Assembly: GCF_051961875.1 (NCBI RefSeq)
Contig: NZ_JBQCCV010000125.1
Coordinates: forward strand, 36,915 to 100,914
Reading direction: 5' to 3'
DNA length: 64,000 nt
From: Intrasporangium sp.
GTDB taxonomy: Bacteria > Actinomycetota > Actinomycetes > Actinomycetales > Dermatophilaceae
The notes under the pieces were generated by a model. It ran no database searches, was not told the DNA's origin, and worked only from the letters and a program-made list of their open reading frames with translations. Shown piece after piece: positions 38,960 through 48,324 of the stretch. The translations under genes and the position numbers were made by a program. The number at the start of each line of letters is the position of its first letter. Within the stretch, counting starts at the first letter, position 1.

Positions 38960-39207
38960 CGCTCCACGCCGGCACGTCAGCGAGCGCAGAGCTGGGCGGC
39001 GGCCACGACCGCCCCAGGCCGGCCCGAGACCTGGCCCCCATCGGCCTCGTCGATCTCCTGGACCGGTTGCTCGGGGCGGGAGTCGTGGTGGCCGGCGATG
39101 TGGTGGTCTCGCTCGCGGGTGTGGACCTCGTGGAGATCCGGCTGCAGCTCCTGATCAGCTCGGTGCGCCCCGAGATGGCAGAGAGCAGGAAGGGGTCAGG
39201 GGGATGA
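38956..39207 (+). CDS. gvpS: Small GvpA-family protein (GvpS-like)
   Basis: LVDLLDRLLGAGVVVAGDVVVSLAGVDLVEIRL.LLISSV; GGAGG RBS; ATGA overlap with gvpL. Confidence 0.8.
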   Translation: MTLHAGTSASAELGGGHDRPRPARDLAPIGLVDLLDRLLGAGVVVAGDVVVSLAGVDLVEIRLQLLISSVRPEMAESRKGSGG

Positions 39208-39560
39208 ACAAGTGGCCATGGGACGAGCCACCCACCAGCGACAGCGACACGGGCTCAGGTGCCCTCGGCGCCGGAGCACTGGGACGGATGATCCTGCCGC
39301 AGCGCCTGGACACCGATGCTGCAGGAGTCGAACGCGACTTGCTCAAGCTCGTCCTGACCATCATCGAGCTCATCCGGCAGCTGATGGAGAAGCAGGCGCT
39401 GCGCCGGATCGATGAGGACGACCTGACCGAGGAGCAGATCGAGGGCCTGGGCAACGGCCTGATGCATCTGGAGGAGGCCATGGAGGCCCTCAAGGCCCAG
39501 TACGGGCTCACTACAGAGGATCTGAACATCGACCTCGGCCCGCTGGGCACGCTGCTCTGA
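39204..39560 (+). CDS. gvpK: Gas vesicle protein GvpK
   Basis: L.KLVLTIIELIRQLMEKQALRRID...LTEEQ.E.LG, DLNIDLGPLG.LL. Confidence 0.9.
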   Translation: MNKWPWDEPPTSDSDTGSGALGAGALGRMILPQRLDTDAAGVERDLLKLVLTIIELIRQLMEKQALRRIDEDDLTEEQIEGLGNGLMHLEEAMEALKAQYGLTTEDLNIDLGPLGTLL

Positions 39561-39650
39561 CCGGCCCCGTCCCGGCCCGTGGTCCACGTGCGGCAGACAC
39601 CGGAGCCTCCTGTCGAGGTCCTTCGACCGGCGCCAGGTGCCGTCCAACAC

Positions 39651-40391
39651 TTACATCGTGTTGATGATCAGGCCGATGTGGGTGAAGTAGTTGAGCGCCC
39701 CGAAGATCGCGAAGACGACACCCGCGATGCCCCAGCACCAACCGATGACGGTGAACAGCGAGGTCGGCGTGCCCTTGCGGAGCAGCGCGGTGAGGGCGAA
39801 CGGGAAGAGGAGGGCGCCGACGCCGACGAGAGCCAGCAGGGCGGAGATGAAGATCGCCTCGATGAGGGGATAGGAGGCGAAGAGGCCAGAGATCGGCTCC
39901 TGTGGTGGGGCGGCGAACAGTTGGTACTTGATGCCGGCGATCGCGATCGCGATGAGTGCCAGGCCCATGAAGCCGACGAAGGCGCTGACGGGCCGCGCCA
40001 CCCGCGCCCAGCCCAGGACGAGCTGACGCGGTTCCGAGAGCAGCGCCGCGCGCCACCAGAGATAGACAGCCGCGGCGAGCAGCAGCACGCCGAAGGCCAG
40101 GCTCGTCTCACCGAAGATGATGTTGTCGAACGGGAAGCCGCCGGCCGCAAGCGGCCACGTCAAGGTCATGTGCAGCCCGGTCATCGTCAGGATGAGCCCG
40201 AGCACACCGAAATTGAGCGCCCACCCGTCGGTGCTGACCCTGTCCGGGGCCCCCACCAGCTCCCGGCCGAACTGGACGAGGCTGAAGAGCCCGACGCCGG
40301 CCGCGACCGCCATGACGGTGTTGTAGGTGGGCATCTTCGCCCAGTCGATCTTGAGTGCCGGCAGGGCTGTCACGGCTGCGAGGGCCACCAC
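39651..40391 (-). CDS. DUF981 family membrane protein
   Basis: AAGAGG RBS before GTG 40391; PTYNTVM, G.HM.LTWPL, NIIFGE; multiple TM segments. Confidence 0.75.
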   Translation of the reverse strand: MVALAAVTALPALKIDWAKMPTYNTVMAVAAGVGLFSLVQFGRELVGAPDRVSTDGWALNFGVLGLILTMTGLHMTLTWPLAAGGFPFDNIIFGETSLAFGVLLLAAAVYLWWRAALLSEPRQLVLGWARVARPVSAFVGFMGLALIAIAIAGIKYQLFAAPPQEPISGLFASYPLIEAIFISALLALVGVGALLFPFALTALLRKGTPTSLFTVIGWCWGIAGVVFAIFGALNYFTHIGLIINTM

Positions 40392-40512
40392 ATTGATCGC
40401 CTCTTTCCGTCGAGTGCTCCCAGGGATGCATCTGCCCACTGGTGGCCGGTCCTCACGGGCCGCCACGTTCCGTCCCTCGACATGTGGCGCACCGGCACGC
40501 GAGGCTGAACAC

Positions 40513-41544
40513 ATGTCACCGGCGGGTCTGCCCGAGTCGATGAGCGCCTGGGAGGCGGTGGGCGGCGAGGACCACGGCCGCGTCCGTGGTGTCCAGCGGC
40601 CCGTCCCGTCGCCCGCCCCGGGAGAAGTGCTCGTCGCGGTCGAGGCCTGCGGGGTCTGTCGCACCGACCTCCATGTGACCGACGGCGACCTGCCGGAACA
40701 CCGGCCGCACGTGGTGCCAGGTCACGAGGTCGTCGGCAGGGTGGCGGCGCTGGGGCCGAGCACATCACGCTTCACGCCCGGCGACCGGGTCGGCGTCCCC
40801 TGGCTGCGCAGCACGTGCGGTGCCTGCCGATGGTGCCGCTCGGGCCGCGAGAACCTCTGTCCCCGAGCACGATTCACCGGCTGGGACGAGGACGGCGGCT
40901 ACGCCGACTACACCACCGTGCCGGAGGCCTACGCCTACCGGATCCCGGACGACCTTCCGGCCGAGCAGGCGGCCCCGCTGCTCTGCGCCGGCATCATCGG
41001 CTACCGCGCGCTTCGCCGCGCCAGTCTGCCGCCCGGTGGCCGCCTGGGGCTCTACGGGTTCGGGGCGAGCGCCCACCTCACCGCCCAGCTCGCCCTCGCG
41101 CAGGGCGCCGAGGTGCACGTCCTGACCCGCGGCGAGGAGGCCCAGCGGCTCGCGCTCGAGCTCGGAGCCACATCCGCCGGCCCCGCCGACGGCATGCCGC
41201 CGGTCCCACTCGACGCGTCCATCCTCTTCGCGCCCGCGGGGGACCTCGTGCCCACCGCCCTCGCCGGCCTCGAGCAGGGCGGCACGCTGGCGCTTGCCGG
41301 CATCCACGTGAGCGACATCCCGACCCTCGACTACCAGGCGCACCTGTTCCGGGAGCGGACCGTGACGTCGGTGACGGCGAACACGAGGCGCGACGGCGAG
41401 GAGTTCCTCGCCCTCGCCGCGCGGCTGGGCCTCCGCTGCACCGTCACGACCTACCCCTTCGCGGCGGCCCCCGCCGCGCTCGACGACCTGTCGAACGGAC
41501 GGTTCGCCGGGGTCGCCGTCCTCAGCCACGCGACCTCCGACTGA
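40513..41544 (+). CDS. Zinc-dependent alcohol dehydrogenase family protein
   Basis: [22 protein letters not shown]....[26 protein letters not shown]. Confidence 0.92.
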   Translation: MSPAGLPESMSAWEAVGGEDHGRVRGVQRPVPSPAPGEVLVAVEACGVCRTDLHVTDGDLPEHRPHVVPGHEVVGRVAALGPSTSRFTPGDRVGVPWLRSTCGACRWCRSGRENLCPRARFTGWDEDGGYADYTTVPEAYAYRIPDDLPAEQAAPLLCAGIIGYRALRRASLPPGGRLGLYGFGASAHLTAQLALAQGAEVHVLTRGEEAQRLALELGATSAGPADGMPPVPLDASILFAPAGDLVPTALAGLEQGGTLALAGIHVSDIPTLDYQAHLFRERTVTSVTANTRRDGEEFLALAARLGLRCTVTTYPFAAAPAALDDLSNGRFAGVAVLSHATSD

Positions 41545-41559
41545 TCGCGGAGCGGCTCC

Positions 41560-41590
41560 GCGGCATACCCCCCGATCAGGGGTATGCCGC
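41560..41590. terminator. Bidirectional hairpin between convergent genes, made of two inverted GCGGCATAC motifs
   Basis: GCGGCATACCCC-CCGATCA-GGGGTATGCCGC, 12-bp perfect stem. Confidence 0.75.
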
Positions 41591-41614
41591 CCAGCCCCCG
41601 AGCCCTGGCCCGCG

Positions 41615-42460
41615 CTATCGCTTGTGCGCCGTGACGAGCAGGTACTCCCACCGCATCGTGCCGTCCGGTGCCAGCCCGCGGTCGCCGAGGTCGGCCAGCT
41701 CGGCATCGAGCGAGGCCGCGCGGTCGGGGGAGTCGACGAGGCCGCGGTAGGCCGCGATGGTCGGCCCGTAGTTCGCCTTGAAGTAGTCCCGGAACTCCGC
41801 GCCGCTCGCGAACTGGTCGACGATGCACTCCCTGCGCTCGAGGCTGAGGTCGCCGACCCTGTCGCGGAACAGCTCTCGCACGTGCTCCTCGCTGCCCCAG
41901 AGCGGTGGCGGCTGTGCACCGGGGGGTGGGGGAGCGACATACGGCTTCATCGTCGCGAACATCTGGCCGATGAACCCCTGCGGGGTCCAGCTGGCGATCG
42001 CGATCGTGCCGCCGGGACGGCACACGCGCAGGACCTCCTCTGCGGCCCGCTGATGGTGCGGGGCGAACATGATGCCGACGCAGGAGACCACCGCGTCGAA
42101 CCGGCCGTCCTCGAAGGGCAGCGCCTCGACGTCGGCCTCCTGCCAGGTGAGCGAGGCGCCCTGCTCGTCGGCGACGCGGCGCCCGGCGTCGAACAGCTCT
42201 GGCGTCAGGTCGCTTGCGGTGACGGTGGCCCCTGTGAGCGCCGCGGGGATCGCGACGTTGCCGGAGCCGGCGGCGACATCGAGGACCTGCTGGCCGGGCC
42301 CGATCCCGGCCGCCCCGACGACGACTGGCCCGAGGCTCGGAATGAGCTCGCTCGCGACCGCCGGATAGTCGCCGAGCGCCCACATGCTGCGGTGCCGGGA
42401 CTTGAGCTCCCGGTCCGCTCGCGCGAGCTCCTCGGGGTCTGTGCTGGTCTGCTGGGTCAT
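41615..42460 (-). CDS. Class I SAM-dependent methyltransferase
   Basis: VLDVAAGSGN, DVEALPFEDG.FDAV, EVLRVCRPGG. Confidence 0.9.
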   Translation of the reverse strand: MTQQTSTDPEELARADRELKSRHRSMWALGDYPAVASELIPSLGPVVVGAAGIGPGQQVLDVAAGSGNVAIPAALTGATVTASDLTPELFDAGRRVADEQGASLTWQEADVEALPFEDGRFDAVVSCVGIMFAPHHQRAAEEVLRVCRPGGTIAIASWTPQGFIGQMFATMKPYVAPPPPGAQPPPLWGSEEHVRELFRDRVGDLSLERRECIVDQFASGAEFRDYFKANYGPTIAAYRGLVDSPDRAASLDAELADLGDRGLAPDGTMRWEYLLVTAHKR

Positions 42461-42630
42461 GGTGGTCCTCCTCCGACCGGTTCATGCGTGCTGACGGCTC
42501 CATGGTCGAGGCGGCCCGCGCGGCCCATCCAGTGCCGGTTCTGAAGCACCGGCGGTATCAGTTCTGTACCACCGGCGCACTTTCTGAGGCAGCATCGACA
42601 GCGGGAGCCCGATCAGGGGAGGTGGGAGAC

Positions 42631-43305
42631 ATGACCTTCTACGGCCAGTTCTGCCCCGTCGCGAAGGCGATGGAGGTTCTCGACGAGCGGTGGACGCTGC
42701 TCATCGTGCGCGAGCTCCTGCTCGGCAGCACCCACTTCAACGAGCTGCGGCGCGGGGTGCCGAAGATGTCGCCCGCGTTGCTGTCCAAGCGACTCCGCTC
42801 CCTCGAGCGTGCCGGCATCGTGAACCGGACGGTCGACGAGTCGCGCACGGCCTACACGCTGACCCAGTCCGGCAAGGAGCTGTTCGACGTCGTCAACGCC
42901 CTCGGCGTGTGGGGTCTGCGCTGGATCCCGGAGCTGGGCGACGAGGACCTCGACCCGCACCTGCTGCTGTGGGACATCCGCCGGACGATTCCGGTCGACC
43001 GGTGGCCCCGCGGTCGGACCGTCGTCGCGTTCGAGTTCGGCGACGTGCCGGTCGGCCGCTCCCGCTGGTGGCTCGTCGTGACCGGCGACGACGTGGACGT
43101 GTGTGACGCGGACCCCGGCTACGAGGTCACCGCCACGGCGCGGCTGCCGCTGCGCGTGCTCACCCGGATCTGGCGCGGTGAGGAGCGCTGGACCCGGGCG
43201 GAGCGGCAGGGCGAGCTTGTGGTCCACGGCTCGGCTCCCGCGCGCCGTGAGCTGGGGAGCTGGATAGGGCAGTCGAGTCTCGCCACGCTGGCCGCGAGTC
43301 GCTGA
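42631..43305 (+). CDS. HxlR-family winged-HTH regulator with C-terminal SCP2-like domain
   Basis: YGQFCPVAKAMEVLDERWTLLIVRELL, FNELRRG.P..SP.LLS.RL; divergent from the methyltransferase. Confidence 0.88.
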   Translation: MTFYGQFCPVAKAMEVLDERWTLLIVRELLLGSTHFNELRRGVPKMSPALLSKRLRSLERAGIVNRTVDESRTAYTLTQSGKELFDVVNALGVWGLRWIPELGDEDLDPHLLLWDIRRTIPVDRWPRGRTVVAFEFGDVPVGRSRWWLVVTGDDVDVCDADPGYEVTATARLPLRVLTRIWRGEERWTRAERQGELVVHGSAPARRELGSWIGQSSLATLAASR

Positions 43306-43344
43306 GTCGCGGGCCGGCGGTGCGCTCTGTGGTCCAATCGACCC

Positions 43345-44307
43345 ATGGCTGCCACGAGCAGGACCCCCGCGATCGAGCTCGACGTCGACGGTTATGACGT
43401 ACGGCTGACGAACCCGGACCGTGTCTACTTCTCAGAGCGCGGGGAGACGAAGCTCGACCTGGCCAACTACTACCTGTCCGTCGGCCCGGGCATCGTGGGC
43501 GCCCTGCGCGACCGGCCGTGCATGCTGCACCGCTTCCCCAAGGGCGTCGACGGGGACAAGGTCCATCAGAAGCGCCTGCCGGCCGGGGCGCCGCCGTGGG
43601 TCGAGACGGTCCGGCTCCACTTCCCGCGGTACGGGCTGCACGCCGACGAGCTTTGTGTCACCAAGCTCGCCGATGTCGCCTGGGCGGTGCAGATGTCGAC
43701 GGTCGAGTTCCACCCCTGGAACTCTCGGCGCCCGGAGACCGAGGAGCCCGATGAGTGGCGCATCGACCTCGACCCGATGCCGAAGTGCCCCTTCACGACG
43801 GTGCAGCGGGCGGCCCACGCGGCCCACGAGGTGCTCGAGGAGCTGGGCGCGGTCGGCTGGCCCAAGACGTCCGGCGGCCGGGGAATGCACATCTACGTCC
43901 GGATCAAGCAGGAGCACGGGTTCAAGACGGTGCGGCGGGCCGCGCTGGCGTTCGCCCGAGAGGTGGAGCGGCGCCTACCGGACGACGTCACGACCGCGTG
44001 GTGGCGCAAGGACCGGGCTCCGACCGACCTCTTCGTCGACTACAACCAGAACGCCCGCGACCACACGATGGCCGCGGCCTACAGTGTGCGCGGCAACCGT
44101 CGCGGCACGGTGTCCGCTCCGGTCTCGTGGGACGAGGTCGACGACATCGAGCCGGACGACTTCACGATCGCGACGATGCCCGACCGCTTCGCGCGCCTCG
44201 GCGACCTCCACGCCGGCATCGACGAGGCCGTCTTCGACATCGCGCCGCTCCTCGAGTGGGCCGACCGCGACGAGCGCGAGGGCCAGCCCGTGCCCGACGA
44301 CGAATGA
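43345..44307 (+). CDS. Stand-alone LigD polymerase-domain-like primase-polymerase (PolD2-like)
   Basis: LTNPDRVYF, RFPKG, HQKR, EFHPW, WRIDLDP, KTSGGRGMHIY, DYNQNARD.T.A.AYSVR. Confidence 0.9.
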   Translation: MAATSRTPAIELDVDGYDVRLTNPDRVYFSERGETKLDLANYYLSVGPGIVGALRDRPCMLHRFPKGVDGDKVHQKRLPAGAPPWVETVRLHFPRYGLHADELCVTKLADVAWAVQMSTVEFHPWNSRRPETEEPDEWRIDLDPMPKCPFTTVQRAAHAAHEVLEELGAVGWPKTSGGRGMHIYVRIKQEHGFKTVRRAALAFAREVERRLPDDVTTAWWRKDRAPTDLFVDYNQNARDHTMAAAYSVRGNRRGTVSAPVSWDEVDDIEPDDFTIATMPDRFARLGDLHAGIDEAVFDIAPLLEWADRDEREGQPVPDDE

Positions 44308-45422
44308 CGGGTATGCCGCTCACCCACCTCCCGGAGACCCGCGGCCTCCCGCACCATGGCCCCCACGAGGTGGTCGACCATGCCCGGTTCCGGGACCGCT
44401 CGGCGCGGGACGTGCTCGAGGTCCGCCGGGGAGCGGACGCGCTCGAGTCCATGGGCCGCGAGGGTTTCTGGGCGGTTGTCGCGACCTTCGAAGGGCAGCT
44501 TTCTGCCGTGCGGTTCGCGACGGTCGAGCCCAGCGGGCCGAATGACGGCGCACCCAGCGGCGTCGGCAACCGGTCGCCGCAGTGGACTGCGCTGAGAGGG
44601 CGGTGGCGGACGAGCCTGGGGCGAGCGGCATACCGCGAGGCGGTGCGGGAGGTCCGTGAACGGATCGCGGCGGGCACGGTCTACCAGGTCAACATCTGCC
44701 GGGTCCTGTCTCACGAGATCGCCCGCGACGCAGACCTCGACGGACTCGATCTGCTCGTGCGCCGGGGCAACCCGTCACCCTACGGATCGCGGATTCGCTG
44801 CGCCGAGGCCGGGCTCGATGTCGTCAGCGCCTCGCCGGAGCTGTTCCTCTCGCGACGCGGCGAGCGCGTCGAGACGAGACCGATCAAAGGGACAGCGCCG
44901 AGCGCCGCCGAGATGCTCGACAAGGACCACGCCGAGAACGTGATGATCGTCGACCTCATGCGCAACGACCTCTCCCATGTCTGCCGGCCCGGCAGCGTGA
45001 CGGTCGATGCCCTCTGCGCGCTCGAACCGCACCCGGGCCTGGTCCACCTCGTCTCGACGGTAAGCGGGAGGCTGCGGCCCGACGCTACGTGGCCGGACGT
45101 CATGGCGGCGGCCTTCCCGCCCGGCTCGGTCTCCGGCGCGCCGAAGTCCAGCGCACTCCGGACCATCCACGAGCTCGAGACGGCACCGCGCGGACCGTAC
45201 TGCGGCGCCATCGGGTGGGTCGACGCCGACCGGGGCGAGGCGGAACTGGCGGTCGGCATCCGGACGTTCTGGGCAGAGGACGACCGCGATGGTCGACGCT
45301 GGCTCCGCTTCGGCACCGGCGCCGGCATCACCTGGCACTCCGAGCCCGAGCGGGAGTGGCGCGAGACGGAGCTGAAGGCGGCTCGACTCATCGGCCTCGC
45401 GTCCGGCAGGGTAGGCGAGTGA
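44304..45422 (+). CDS. Chorismate-binding enzyme (PabB/TrpE component I-like)
   Basis: YQVNIC, SASPELFL, PIKGT, ENVMIVDL.RNDL, FPPGSVSGAPK, IRT, GAGIT..S. Confidence 0.88.
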   Translation: MTGMPLTHLPETRGLPHHGPHEVVDHARFRDRSARDVLEVRRGADALESMGREGFWAVVATFEGQLSAVRFATVEPSGPNDGAPSGVGNRSPQWTALRGRWRTSLGRAAYREAVREVRERIAAGTVYQVNICRVLSHEIARDADLDGLDLLVRRGNPSPYGSRIRCAEAGLDVVSASPELFLSRRGERVETRPIKGTAPSAAEMLDKDHAENVMIVDLMRNDLSHVCRPGSVTVDALCALEPHPGLVHLVSTVSGRLRPDATWPDVMAAAFPPGSVSGAPKSSALRTIHELETAPRGPYCGAIGWVDADRGEAELAVGIRTFWAEDDRDGRRWLRFGTGAGITWHSEPEREWRETELKAARLIGLASGRVGE

Positions 45423-45447
45423 CCGCGCTGACAGGAGGGACGCAGGG

Positions 45448-46296
45448 ATGACCGGCGAGGAGATCCGCGTCTGGGTGAACGGCAGCCTCGTCGATGCCGA
45501 GGCACCAGCACTGCCGGCGCTCGACCACGGGATCACCGTCGGCGACGGCGTCTTCGAGACGGCGAAGATCGACGGCGGGGCGCCGTTCGCGCTCCGGAGG
45601 CATCACGCCCGGCTGCTGCGATCGGCGGCCGGCCTCGGCCTGCCGCCGATCGACCTCGACCTGCTGGACGAGGGCATCAAGGCGGTCCTGGCCGGCGGCG
45701 ACATCGAGTTCGGGCGGCTGCGCTACAGCGTCACCGGCGGGACGGGACCGCTCGGGTCGGACCGGGATTCGGCCATGCCCACCTACATCGTCCTCGCCGG
45801 CCCCCAGCCGCGTCCGCCCCAGTCGGGGGCCCTCGTCGTCGTGCCGTGGACACGCAACGAGCGGTCCGCCGTCGCCGGCCTGAAGACGACGTCGTACGCC
45901 GAGAACGTCGTCGCGCTCGCCTACGCCAAGGAGCGTGGCGGCATCGAGGCGGTCTTCGGCAACACACGCGGCGAGCTCTGTGAGTGCACCGGCAGCAACA
46001 TCTTCGTCGTGCGCGACGGCCAGGTCTCCACGCCTCCAGTCGAGTCCGGGCTGCTACCCGGCATCACCCGAGAGCTCACCATCGAGTGGGCGGAGGAGAG
46101 CGGCATACCGGTGCGCGAGAGCGCCCTCCCGCTCGGTGTGCTCGGCGAGGCGGACGAGGTCTTCATCACGAGCTCCACCAAGGACATCCTCCCCGTGCAC
46201 GCGGTCGACGGCCGTGCGCTGCCCACGGAGCGGCCGGTCACCACCCGCTTGCAGGAGGTGTTTCGCAGCGGGACCCAGCGGACCGTCGACCCGTGA
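45448..46296 (+). CDS. Aminotransferase class IV (PabC/4-amino-4-deoxychorismate lyase-like)
   Basis: DHG...GDGVFET, LKTTSY.ENV, GLLPGITR, EVFITSS. Confidence 0.88.
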   Translation: MTGEEIRVWVNGSLVDAEAPALPALDHGITVGDGVFETAKIDGGAPFALRRHHARLLRSAAGLGLPPIDLDLLDEGIKAVLAGGDIEFGRLRYSVTGGTGPLGSDRDSAMPTYIVLAGPQPRPPQSGALVVVPWTRNERSAVAGLKTTSYAENVVALAYAKERGGIEAVFGNTRGELCECTGSNIFVVRDGQVSTPPVESGLLPGITRELTIEWAEESGIPVRESALPLGVLGEADEVFITSSTKDILPVHAVDGRALPTERPVTTRLQEVFRSGTQRTVDP

Positions 46297-46769
46297 GCGA
46301 CGAGGTCACCGCAGAGGGGCGCGAGCGCGTCGTCGACTACTCCGATGCCAACATCACGCTCGACGCGTACGAGGACCGTTGGGCGTGGCGAGCGAGGCTG
46401 CGATGGAACCGCGCGACCCACCTCGCATGGCGCACCCTGGTCGGCGTCATCGGCGGCATCGTCACCGTCGCCGAGCTCATCATGGTGCCGGCTCCCGGGC
46501 CCGGCTGGCTGGTCGTCTTCCTGGGCCTCATGATCTTCGCGAGCGAGTTCGAGTTCGCCCAGCGGCTGCTCGACTTCGCCCGTCGCCAGGTGGGCAGGTG
46601 GAACGACTGGGTCATGGCGCAACCCGTCTGGCTCCGCGGTCTCGTCGCGCTCGCCACGCTGCTGCTCGTCTGGACGATCCTCTGGGCGGCGTTCGTCGTC
46701 ATGGGCTTGCCGGGCTTCCTGCCGGGCTGGGCCACGGACTCGCTGCGGCAGGTGCCGGGGATCGACTGA
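46293..46769 (+). CDS. PGPGW-domain membrane protein
   Basis: GTGA overlap; literal VPAPGPGWLVVFLGL..FASEF. Confidence 0.85.
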   Translation: MSDEVTAEGRERVVDYSDANITLDAYEDRWAWRARLRWNRATHLAWRTLVGVIGGIVTVAELIMVPAPGPGWLVVFLGLMIFASEFEFAQRLLDFARRQVGRWNDWVMAQPVWLRGLVALATLLLVWTILWAAFVVMGLPGFLPGWATDSLRQVPGID

Positions 46770-46860
46770 GCGCGTTCCGGGCGGGGTGGCGGGCCGATTA
46801 CCGGAACGCGCGGTGGATTGGATAGTGTTTCCCTCCGTCGCCCCACAAGGGCGACGTCCT

Positions 46861-46934
46861 GGACGTGTAGCTCAGTTGGTTAGAGCGTTCGCTTCACACG
46901 CGAGAGGTCAGGGGTTCGAGTCCCTTCACGTCCA
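46861..46934 (+). tRNA. tRNA-Val(CAC)
   Basis: GGACGTG/CACGTCC acceptor stem, TT-CAC-AC loop, GTTCGA T-loop. Confidence 0.95.
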
Positions 46935-47238
46935 CTCTCCGGCGGTGGGAGTGCGCCCGAGGCGCCGGCCGGTATCCCGCGAGGACCCGGACCGCCCGCC
47001 CGGAGGTTGCGCCGCTGCCAGCGAGGGATGGCTTTCGGGCCCGTCGTTCATACCGCTCGCGGCCGCGCTGCCCGGCGAGCACCGCGTCGTACTTCGCCCC
47101 GCCAGAGGGTTGTCGCCGCAATGCGCCAGTCCGAACACCCGCACCAGGTGTGCCGGTTCCGGGAACCGAGAGCTGGGCACCGTGGTGGCCCTCCGGAGTG
47201 CGGGTCGCCGCCTAAACTGCCTCGCAGGAGGCGATCCC

Positions 47239-47715
47239 ATGGACGACACCACCCTGACGGCACTCATGGAGCGCGAACACCACGACGTCGACGAAGCCAT
47301 CGAGGACTTCGTGCAGGGACTGCGTGAGCGGCACGTCCGCCACCAGGACCTGCGCCGCGCGACCGACCTGCTCCAACGACACATCTACATCGAGGAGGCC
47401 CTCATCTTCCCGCCGCTGCGCGCCAAGGGGATGCTTGCGCCGATCCTCGTCATGGAGCGCGAGCACGGGGAGATCTGGCGGACACTCGATGCACTCAATC
47501 TCGAGGTGGGCAGCGGGACGGTCGCCGACTCGGTGCCGGACAGGTGTCGTCAGCTGCTGCACGAGCTCGAGGTGCACAACGGCAAGGAGGAGCCGATCAT
47601 CTACCCGCAGGCCGACGCCGCGCTCACCGACTCCCAAAAGGACGCGGTGCGCGACTTCATGCGCTCGGGCACCATGCCGACCGACTGGGTGTGCGCCCAG
47701 GTCGGCAACGGCTGA
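47239..47715 (+). CDS. Hemerythrin/HHE domain protein
   Basis: AGGAGG RBS; EHH, RHIYIEE..IFP, EH, H..KEE..IYP metal-binding pattern. Confidence 0.87.
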   Translation: MDDTTLTALMEREHHDVDEAIEDFVQGLRERHVRHQDLRRATDLLQRHIYIEEALIFPPLRAKGMLAPILVMEREHGEIWRTLDALNLEVGSGTVADSVPDRCRQLLHELEVHNGKEEPIIYPQADAALTDSQKDAVRDFMRSGTMPTDWVCAQVGNG

Positions 47716-47724
47716 GCGCCGCCG

Positions 47725-48252
47725 ATGACCATCCACTCCGACCACCCCTTCCTGCCGCCAGAGACCGACCGCGACCCGGTCCGTCGACTGCGCGGACGGG
47801 TCGGCGGGACGGTGTCGCTCTGGACCTCGGGTGCGGGGGCCGGGCGCGCCGGCCTCACCGTGTCGTCCTACCTCGTCTCGCCCGGGGAGCCGGCCCACGT
47901 CGTCGGGCTGCTGCACCCGGAGTCGGAGCTGCTCGAGCGGCTCCTCGAGACCGGCACGGCGGTGGTCCAGCTGCTCGAGTGGCGGGACCGGGAGCTCGCG
48001 GACGTCTTCGCCGGCCTCTTCCCCGCTCCAGGTGGCGCCTTCCGGCGGGGGAGCTGGGAGCAGACCGACTGGGGACCGGTGCTCACCACCGCCTCCGCGT
48101 GGGCGGGGGTGCGCCTCGCCGGTGACGACTACGCACCACGCCCGGCCGGCTGGTCCGATCTGGTCGACACGGTCATCGAGACCGTGGCCGTCGGCGAGGA
48201 GGACCGGCCGCTCGTGCACCGCCGCGGGCGCTACCTCAGGCCCTCCGACTGA
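47725..48252 (+). CDS. Flavin reductase-like protein
   Basis: RRLRGR....V.LWT, GLTVSS, PL.H.RG.Y. Confidence 0.8.
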   Translation: MTIHSDHPFLPPETDRDPVRRLRGRVGGTVSLWTSGAGAGRAGLTVSSYLVSPGEPAHVVGLLHPESELLERLLETGTAVVQLLEWRDRELADVFAGLFPAPGGAFRRGSWEQTDWGPVLTTASAWAGVRLAGDDYAPRPAGWSDLVDTVIETVAVGEEDRPLVHRRGRYLRPSD

Positions 48253-48324
48253 GCGCTGGCCGCGCCATACAACGCGGGGTCCTGCGGTGCGGGGTCATCC
48301 GATGCGGGTTGGCGACCGGTCCCG

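Noticed and set aside
29865-46860. Integrative element or prophage between the two tRNA-Val genes
   Set aside because: No integrase, no duplicated tRNA 3' end found and no phage genes.
46935-47238. ncRNA or gene remnant after tRNA-Val(CAC)
   Set aside because: No convincing stems, RBS-supported ORF or family motif recognisable by eye.
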